A stretch of 64,000 nt of DNA, taken from assembly GCA_964304625.1 (NCBI GenBank), contig OZ199839.1, forward strand, positions 10,527,186-10,591,185, written 5' to 3'. Below the pieces are notes generated by a model. It had not been told where the DNA came from. It saw nothing but the letters and a program-made list of their open reading frames with translations, and ran no database searches. Origin of the DNA: Kudoa neothunni (Eukaryota > Animalia > Cnidaria). Each line of letters starts with the position of its first letter. The first letter of the stretch is position 1. This document shows positions 55,656-64,000 of the stretch, one piece after another. The translations under genes were made by a program, and so were the position numbers.

Positions 55656-56685
55656 TGGTAAAGTATGCGGTGTAGCGGACGATTTTCAATTATAAAATAA
55701 ATGAATACGGAGAACGAAAATTCAGCTCAAATAATAACTTCAAAATTTAAAGAATTTTTCATCCGAATGCGGTCGGATACACGTGTAATCTCCATATTTT
55801 GTCAAAAAGCATTGAATTGTTTTCGTTTCTCTCCTAGTTATTAACTCAATAATTATTTATTATTACTATTTAGATTTTTTTCTATTGATAAATAACAATT
55901 CTATATGGACTAACTTTAATAATAAACTTATTGCGTGTTTCTCAAAAATATCTCATTTTTCACTATAAGAAAAATACTTTTTGAATTTTAAAAAACAGAT
56001 ATTGATGTCATAGGATTTTTTTTAGTTTATATTTTTTTTTATTTAATTTGTTGTCGGAAATTAAGAATTTATTCAATTTTTATTATTAAAACTAAGAAAC
56101 CTAATTTTTTAAATTGACAAAATAAAACTGTTTTACCTTGCAATATCTGCGATATATTGAAAAAAAAATATTAACCTATATTTTGATTGGTTTGAAAGAT
56201 TTTGTATATATTAAAATTTAATAACAACATTTTTACATTTATCGAATGTTATACTAAATACACTTGTAAGAATTCCTCTAATATAGTAATAACTTCATGT
56301 AATCAACCTTTATTTATTTATTTATTTATCTATTGAAATTAAATGTTTATCTAAAATACAGTGTTGATTTATTTTTAAAAAACTCATCAGTTCTAAGAAT
56401 ATTTAGAAAATACATGTAGAGATAAATATGATATCGTGAAATTTATGTTTATATATTAAAAAATATGAAGAATATCCAATTTATGAGCGTTTGTCAAAAC
56501 AAATTGGACAACAATTCAATGTTTGTTGGAAAAAAGACGGAGATTGCTCGTGTATCCGAAAGCATTCGAACGAAAAATTCTTAAAATTTAGAAGTTATTC
56601 TTCTATTTTATTATGGACAATCGTGAAAAAAGATATTCGAAAAGCATCCGCAAGAGGGAGTTTTTAGATGTCGCGTACTTTACTA
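55656..56685. mobile_element. Non-autonomous element with long inverted repeats (foldback/MITE-like)
   Basis: 55733-55820 is a near-continuous reverse complement of 56510-56599. Outer ends GGTAAAGTATGCG / CGCGTACTTTACT. The interior matches 10731-11110. Confidence 0.75.
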
Positions 56686-59600
56686 ATACCAAAATGATAT
56701 TATATAGATGAAATCAATATTAAATTTTGAGCGAAGAAAAATATGAGACATTGAATACAAACAATTACGATATTTACCTTTATTTAATGGAATTTTTGAG
56801 GTTCGTTATCTTATATCATAATTTCATATTTTATTACCAAATAAAAATTTGATATCAGTGTTTTTTTCAAAGATAATTAAATTGATTTAGGAAACAGAAC
56901 CTTGCCATATTAAGTTGCGCTATAGCAAATTTGTCTAGACGTTTTTTAGAATGTTAAAAATAATTTCAAACCCTAATTTTATAAGTCTAATAATGAGGAA
57001 TGAATTAAATTCACTCCAAAAGTGGCTTATTTTTAATATTATTAGTATAAACTATTAATTTTCTTAATGTGTTTAGTTAAAATCTATATCTAAACTTGGA
57101 TAAAATTTTTCCAGCGTATGAAAATCCCGTTCTGATATTGAGCTGGATGTTGGTCGGCTGTACACGTTAGTTGCGATATTTCTAAGATTTTCTTTCTTTG
57201 AGTTTTCCCAATAAATTAAATGAGTGGATTTTCGTAAACTTGGTTGACTTTTTATGGGATGTACATTTGAATTTCTGAGTGAAAATCTTCTGAGTCACTA
57301 TCCAATCATAACATATTTAGTGGTTTTTCGAAGGTTCCGGACTCTTTGGGATTAATTCTAAAATTTTTTTAATATTTGTTACAAGCAAAGATTTACCATC
57401 AAATTTGTTTTTTAGCAGGACGATTTTCTAGCACAACATTAATGTCCTATATCGATCGCTGAGACCTCTCCATGGTCAAGTAGCTGAGCCCCATTGTATT
57501 TTCATTGGTAATTTTGACTATAAATCTGCCGTCTTATGACCAGATCCGCACAGTTTGTCAACATTTACCCCTAGTATGGATAAATCGGATGTGTCGTTTG
57601 TACTGAGATCCCAAGCTACACATAATAAACAGATCGAAATTAGATATTATAACGAAAGTAAAATTTATTTATAAACTCATTAACGATAAAAAATTTAATC
57701 AATTTATTAAAATACATAAATATCAATTATTTAAATTCAGATTATAACAGTTTTATCAAGCAGAATTATGAGAGATTAAGATAGTGTATAGTTATGTATA
57801 TCAATTTTACATAAATTTAATACATAAAATATCTTGAGATATAATAGCGTGAAGGCGGTGAGCAGCTCATCTTATTGTGTTGAACTCTCTTAGATCAGAT
57901 TTTATTTATATTTTCTGCAGTGTGTTTTACAGGAAAATAGATCATGTCATATTGGAAATGTTGAAGGGTGAAATTTTTAACAAATAACACTGATATATCA
58001 ATGAGTGTATGAATGGATTTTGACATTATCACTACAAATATCAACTGTTAAGTACATACTATTGTGATTGATTGTTTTATTTAATTTTCCTATTTTTAAA
58101 TACATGCGCTCTTACTCATTCATAATTATTTTTTTAACGCATTTTTTGGATAAAATCTTAAGCTTAGCATTAGGTTCATTGACCTTTTCTTTTTGTCTTT
58201 TTTGAGATATAATTAGTCGAAAGTTTGTTCTCTATTAGATAATGATATGCATAAATAATAATTTTTAAATAGTAGAATATTTAATATTTTAGCGCCAAAT
58301 ATCAGACGTAAATATTCGCCCATGAGTGAAACGTTGAATATAATAGATTTTTGTTTAAATTTATATAATATTTCATGAAAATTTATTTTAACAACAAAAT
58401 CTAATAAAATTAATTATGACGCTTATTAACGTTTAATTCTTACTTGCTGTATAGTCTATTTAAAAAATTGTAGATTGAAATAGTTAATTAATTTTCCGTA
58501 AAATTTGGCACTAGACTATTGTTAACAGACTTATTTCAGGTTCATTTACGTGTGAATCGTTCACGATATAGTTTTGAGAGAGATCTCTATAACAAAGAAT
58601 CGTTATATTACGCAAGAAGTATGCTCAGAGGTAAATTTTGTTGCTGACTCAAAGTATGAGTCTCGGACCCTCAGCAATTGTCTCTCTGAATTAATTTATT
58701 ATTTTTAATAGATTAAGAGACATTTTTCAATAGAAAATATTTAATATCTCGGAAAAGTCTGAAATTTGCACTAAATTAAAAAAATCATATCTGATTAATT
58801 TTCTGTTTTAGGGGTCTCATAAGTTTTTTAGCGCCTTCAGAATAAAATGTAAAATTCACTTCATCATTCATAAAAAGTGGACCGAAAGTTTGAGTCTTTA
58901 CATGAGATGTACGCCTGATATGAATTTAAAAGTGCGAATTTGGAAGATAATAATTTGAATATAATGAAAATAATAGGTTAATCCTCTTTGCTGCAAATGT
59001 TTTCGTCGTGATATTTTTAATCTTTAGGATTTCAATGAAATCAATATATTTTAACGCAAACAGTCAGTTACTAGCTATATGATGCATACTCGAAGTTTAA
59101 TTGTGTGATGGTTGACAGTTCTTATTTATCCTCAGTTTACTTAATTCAATAATTCATGATATTTATAAGAAAACTTTCATATTTAAAATAAATAATATCG
59201 CGCTCATCTTGAATAGAAATTTCCAATATTGTCTCCGCTGAGATAGTTGAGTTTCGGATAGTAGATAAGTAGATAAGAGCGGCGCCGACAATTCAATGAT
59301 CACGAGGACCCCCTTTAGAAACGAATACTTTGCAATATCGTTACCAAAGGAGTATTATACTGTTGTTTCTAGGATTTTCAGTATTGTTTCGATATTGTTG
59401 AATCAGTTAGTACATTGTGATATACTGGTTTGTTTACTTCAATGTATACGGTTACGAATTCGTTTACGATGGTACAACACTGACAAATGTGAGACAAACA
59501 GTCTTCTTACTACCATATCACAACTCCTGTAGCAAGCCATAAAAAGAAATGATAACATACAACAGCACCAAGTCATTCCACTCATTTGAAATGATAAGGA

Positions 59601-59730
59601 TCGATTGTGTGATTTACTTTTGCACAGAGATTATTCTCCTTATTATCGATAGTTCACTATCTGAGGGAGATAACAGCACAATCGATATGAATTCATAGCG
59701 GTATGCGTGCGATTTAGCTCACAAATACTC

Positions 59731-61524
59731 ATGCAGAGGGTTGAGTGGAGTTTTTTCGCGGAAGGCGAAACTTGTTTCATATTTGATTGTGCCTCACAAC
59801 CACTAATATTGAGAGTGAACAAACTTTATAGGAATGGAGAGCTGCCGATTTACAGTGGAATTTCAAAAGATAAAACTACTATTGATTGTCATAAAACCGG
59901 CCAATTCTATAAAGCTGTCCTAAATAGGTTGGTGCCGAAAAAGTATTTGTTGGATGAGGAAAGCTCATTAGAAATCGACGAACAATTAGCCACCGTACTT
60001 AATGTTTCACTTGAGAGAAATCGGCACAAGCTACGACAAGAGAACAGCCGTATAATGGTTGGATCTGTTGGTATCATTATTAAAAATATGGCATGCCACA
60101 ATAATTACGTTGGAGATGGGAATACTCTAACAGACACACCATCGATTATGATTGAAATTAAACCCAAATATGGATTTGTATCAAATAAACAGTTTACTTC
60201 ACCACTTTTCTGTCCGTACAAATGTATACTGTGTCGGTTCTGTATGCACAAGCACGTAAAAGCAGCCAAGGGAAGCAGTGATTATCAGATGAAGGTTTTG
60301 GATGGATATTGCCCTCAGAAATTGTTCTCAAACAAAATACGTGATGTTAAAGATGCTGTGGAAGCTCTGTTTCGACAACCCAATAAAAGCCTAAAGCTAT
60401 TTCTCAATAAAATTCATATTAGAGATGAGTTTGGTAGTTGGAGTGATCAGTTGAGAAAATTGTTGATCCATATATTTTATATGGATTCCAATTCTGGTTA
60501 TAATTGCGTGAACAACGATGAAACAGTTGAATCGTGTACTTTTTTTGATAAACCCATTGAACGAATGAATAAAATTTTCGCACATACCACCAAATGTGTC
60601 GGTTATGAGTCCAGCTTTTGTGATTACAAACCACCAGAAGATTGCATTATTTCACCATTACACAAATGTCGAAGGAATATCGATTTCGAATTGGCTAAAG
60701 AGTTATCTCACCCAAAACTCATGGGTCCCTACGGTGTTCTTGGAATTATCCAAAAACTCCAAAGCGTTGATTTGATTGGTATTGAGCAATTGTATCGATC
60801 TTATGTGAGTTTGATGTCCCAAGAAACCAAGACTTTTCTTGACGATTATGACTCACATGAGTGGAAACAATTGATTGATGGGTTGGTGGCAGGAAAATCG
60901 TTTGAAAAGATTGTCGATAATCATGTCCAAAGCATTATGCTTTATCTTCTCTCTATGGTTTTTCGTGATTGTTCCATTGTTATCAACTTAAAAGCATGCA
61001 ATGATCCTAATTGTGGTGTTGGTCGTGACTCTTTGAATTTGCCAGCTGGTACAAATTGTGTGGTGAATGGACATAATTTTCCTGACATCGTCAATCAGCT
61101 AATTCAGTCCGATCAACCGACTCCTCTAACCAACATTCATATGCATTATGATATAAAAGTTATTGACTGTGATCCAAAAACCCACAAAAATATTCCCTAC
61201 TATTTCCATATGGACCGATATATCGTACGAAATTATGCCTACCTAAAATCGCCATATAGAACCGAGATACCGGTGAATATACGTTTATTTGGACCATTGA
61301 AAGATATTTTCTATTCGTCACACCTGCAAGTTTATCTGCCAAGAACCATTTGCATAAATTATGTGATTAATCTGCTGGTTGAACGACAACCGGACATCCG
61401 ATCGGCATTGTCTTCTTGTTCCTTCTCACACAACTATGAATATTTGTTGATTGGAAAAGATGAACCTTTTGATTTGATCGCTGGTGATGAAATTGGCATT
61501 ATTGAATTAGTAGGAGCCGGTTAA
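59731..61524 (+). CDS. IPPK: Inositol-pentakisphosphate 2-kinase fused to a C-terminal MoaD/MOCS2A-like (ThiS/ubiquitin-fold) domain; single exon
   Basis: IPPK motifs WSFFAEG, IEIKPKYGF, CRFCMHK, YCPQKLFS, RDCSIVI, VIDCDPK and the terminal helix YFHMDRYIVRNY. These are followed in frame by VNIRLFGPLKDIF...FSHNYEY...LIAGDEIGIIELVGAG-stop. Confidence 0.9.
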   Translation: MQRVEWSFFAEGETCFIFDCASQPLILRVNKLYRNGELPIYSGISKDKTTIDCHKTGQFYKAVLNRLVPKKYLLDEESSLEIDEQLATVLNVSLERNRHKLRQENSRIMVGSVGIIIKNMACHNNYVGDGNTLTDTPSIMIEIKPKYGFVSNKQFTSPLFCPYKCILCRFCMHKHVKAAKGSSDYQMKVLDGYCPQKLFSNKIRDVKDAVEALFRQPNKSLKLFLNKIHIRDEFGSWSDQLRKLLIHIFYMDSNSGYNCVNNDETVESCTFFDKPIERMNKIFAHTTKCVGYESSFCDYKPPEDCIISPLHKCRRNIDFELAKELSHPKLMGPYGVLGIIQKLQSVDLIGIEQLYRSYVSLMSQETKTFLDDYDSHEWKQLIDGLVAGKSFEKIVDNHVQSIMLYLLSMVFRDCSIVINLKACNDPNCGVGRDSLNLPAGTNCVVNGHNFPDIVNQLIQSDQPTPLTNIHMHYDIKVIDCDPKTHKNIPYYFHMDRYIVRNYAYLKSPYRTEIPVNIRLFGPLKDIFYSSHLQVYLPRTICINYVINLLVERQPDIRSALSSCSFSHNYEYLLIGKDEPFDLIAGDEIGIIELVGAG

Positions 61525-62061
61525 AAGTTCTTTACATTTGTTTGTGAACGTTTTTCTGATTGTTCGGACTTTTTTGTCATGCACGCATGAAATAAAAATG
61601 AATTTTTATTTATTTAATTTAATTCCTTTTTGAATCCTATGAACTATTCGCGCGTCATATTTTTAAAATAATTATTTAAAAATAATTCCGTGTTGTTTTC
61701 GTTTTTAATGATTTCAAGGGCCCACATATCTATATTTTTGGATCGAATCTAATAAAACCTATTGAAAACACGCTGGTCAATGTATTTATCGTGTCTTTTT
61801 CTTATTGAATTTGTATTCATAAGAAGCATCATATTCTCGTAAACTTCCATGATTTAATGGCGCCCATCGAGAATTCTATTTAGTTTAGAAGTGTTTTATT
61901 TTAATAGTTTTGAATTTTTTCCAATTGGGTGATTTATCTTAAGGCATAATCAAAAATTACGAATTGGCGGTCAATTGTCTCGCCAAATCTGCCAATTTTG
62001 TACGAATTAAGCGACATTACAAATTAGAGATAAGCGTATTGATTAAACATTAAAGTTTTAA

Positions 62062-62929
62062 CCCTCGAATACCTGGAGGTGGCCAATCAGCGCTTATTGT
62101 ATCGATAACTTTTTCAAAATATTTTATTTCCTTTTTTCCCTACGTGTATTTTAGAGTATAATGATGCTTTTAAAAACACTTAAGTAGTGTAGTTGTGCGT
62201 TTAATTTGTTCGCCTAAAAGAAAAAAAATTCACACATACCTGGACATGCTCACCAAATAAAAAATAATGTTTAGAAAGTTGGAATATATATAAAAAGGAT
62301 TTTCAGCAGTGGAATAAACGTTATAAATGTACTTCCAAGCAATGATCTATTTTTGAATTGATATTTTTTGTGTTGTATAACGACTTGATTCTGTTAACTA
62401 ATCGAATCAGGCATGTTATAATTTTGTTAAATTAAATATCAACTAAATGTAGCAAGATAAATATAGTTGTTTTAAGTTTAAATTAGGTAATCTTATCATA
62501 ACTTAGGATTTCAAAACCTAAAAGTCCTTAGACTATATATATTTAACATATTTCTGTCAACAGGGGAAGAGATTTCATTATAAAATCATGGATGTTGAAA
62601 ATATAACAAAACCTTCGCTGTTAAAATAATAATATTTAATAATTATTAAATGATAATAAAACGATTTATTTAAAATTTTCCACGCTATTCAAAATATAAA
62701 CAGGCATAATTATTCCTGTTCTTCGCACTTGCGCAAATAAACGTTACAAAAATGCATCTTTGATTTAATTTTATTGAATTTATTATATTTCAAAATTTAA
62801 AAAATAACGTAAGTAATTATTTTCTTAATCTTAAGTGAAGCGATTTTCCCTTTTTTAATACATTTTTTTGTGTGGTCACAGTTGCCACCTCAAATATTCA
62901 TGCAACTTGATAGCTCAGGCGTTCGAGGG
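62062..62929. mobile_element. Non-autonomous piggyBac-type MITE (about 870 bp)
   Basis: TTAA|CCCTCGAATACCTG ... CAGGCGTTCGAGGG|TTAT (12/14 TIR match). Subterminal GAGGTGGC / GCCACCTC. No ORF. Confidence 0.75.
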
Positions 62930-63414
62930 TTATAAGAAAATCTCGATTTTACGTTTTCATTTAAAAATATATGAAAATAATATCTGTAAGTTGGGATAGG
63001 GCCCGTAATAGTGTGTAATGCGTGGAAAGAATTTAAAAATTAATCCCAGCGCGCGCACAATACATTTTTAGTTTGCAATTACTCAAATGAAATTATAGAT
63101 ACGATGTTACTATGTATGTAAAAAATAATATTAAAATGTCTTAAACTAGGAGATTTGAAAAAGTTTATTCTAGAAGGATTAAGACGTGTAATTATTCTTC
63201 AAAATGAACAAATAAACTAAATTTTAATATATCATTCATTCGCCAATCTCGCAACTACAGTATATATATAAGGAGAAATTGTTTACAAGGCTCCAAAATC
63301 TCCAGAATATTCACATGTTTCGACGTAACGACAGCAATCGAACAATGGCGAAAGTAATAACATAAAAGACCCTACTGTTAGACTATATCAATCACTTGAA
63401 AATTTTTAATCCCG

Positions 63415-64000
63415 ATGGATCCCATCTCCATGGAACTGGAAGTTATTCAGTCAATATTTGACACATTTGTTGAGGTGTGCCACCAATCACAAGTGGTTGT
63501 TTATCGTCATGAGGACATAATGGATGTGTCACTTACTATTCAACTGCCTCCCAATTACCCCCAAGATGTGGCGAAAGTTATTGTGGATTATAGACCCGAA
63601 AAATCAAATGATTCAGATCAAGTGGTTACAATGTTTGCAGCTGAAGTACTTGAGGGAATTAAGAACGATTTGAACAATTTTACGCATGCGCATCCGAGTG
63701 AAAATATTTTGTTCGATTTAATCAATATGTTCAAGTCGATGGTATCGAATCATTTAACAAATTTGGAAAAATTAAAACAATGTGATTCAAGCCTTCCATC
63801 TATCTCCAAACCATTACAGGTCAATTTTATGAGTGAGAGCAAGATTACTGATTTTTTTATCCCTTCTACCAAAAATAAACCAATTCCATCGCCTGAAAAG
63901 AATTTAAATATTATCCATGGTGAAAAATATACCAATAAAAAAAGCGTCTTTCAAGCTCATTATGCTCGAATCGAAACTATTAATGATGTTTCAACTTTTA
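63415..64000 (+). CDS. IMPACT: Protein IMPACT (RWD + UPF0029 domain), 5' part; runs off the window
   Basis: Open frame from ATG 63415: MDPISMELEVIQSIF...IQLPPNYP (RWD)...ILFDLI...IIHGEKYTNKKSVFQAHYARI (start of the ancient domain). It is absent from the ORF track because there is no stop in the window. Confidence 0.88.
   Translation, partial: MDPISMELEVIQSIFDTFVEVCHQSQVVVYRHEDIMDVSLTIQLPPNYPQDVAKVIVDYRPEKSNDSDQVVTMFAAEVLEGIKNDLNNFTHAHPSENILFDLINMFKSMVSNHLTNLEKLKQCDSSLPSISKPLQVNFMSESKITDFFIPSTKNKPIPSPEKNLNIIHGEKYTNKKSVFQAHYARIETINDVSTF

Noticed and set aside
59907-61342. Antisense ORFs inside IPPK (and similar ones inside eIF3a, PXYLP1 and the transposases)
   Set aside because: They are short shadow ORFs opposite real coding sequence and show no motifs.
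61525-62050. A MOCS2B/MoaE ORF downstream of the MoaD-like domain, as in bicistronic MOCS2
   Set aside because: The sequence is AT-rich with no ORF and no MoaE motifs (e.g. F-x-G-T-T-R, L-x-Y-E-A-Y). An AATAAA follows at about 61590.
14896-64000. A functional cluster of translation/ribosome genes (eIF3a, DCAF13, MRPL41, IMPACT)
   Set aside because: They are far apart, in mixed orientation and separated by TEs. Housekeeping genes are expected to be enriched in a reduced genome.
1-64000. CRISPR arrays, rRNA or prokaryotic defence systems
   Set aside because: There are no regularly spaced repeats or rRNA signatures, and the window is intron-containing eukaryotic DNA.

Overview
This is AT-rich eukaryotic (probably animal) genomic DNA. 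Compact, highly divergent genes with very short GT-AG introns (mostly about 43-80 nt) sit among decayed DNA transposons (several distinct piggyBac families, MULE, hAT, pogo/Tigger). The architecture resembles a fast-evolving parasite such as a myxozoan or orthonectid, but the taxon cannot be fixed from this window. Genes: an adhesion GPCR with an unfamiliar 8-module ectodomain (about 2952-7657, +); eIF3a (14896 to about 19899, +); a PXYLP1-type histidine phosphatase (27906-29539, -); acid ceramidase (35940-37703, +); an unidentified, apparently disrupted N/Q/P-rich gene (about 45700-48740, -); DCAF13/Sof1 (52424-54215, +); probable MRPL41 (54314-54810, -); an intronless IPPK (59731-61524, +); and the 5' part of IMPACT (63415 to the window end). 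The top finding is that the inositol-pentakisphosphate 2-kinase is fused in frame to a C-terminal MoaD/MOCS2A-like ubiquitin-fold sulfur-carrier domain ending in ...VGAG-stop. The second is that the adhesion GPCR ectodomain consists of eight symmetric phase-1 exons, each a ~90-aa module with a C-x4-C motif, and includes a three-exon tandem duplication. I recognised no rRNA, intact tRNA or CRISPR. All family assignments come from motif recognition by eye, not from database searches.
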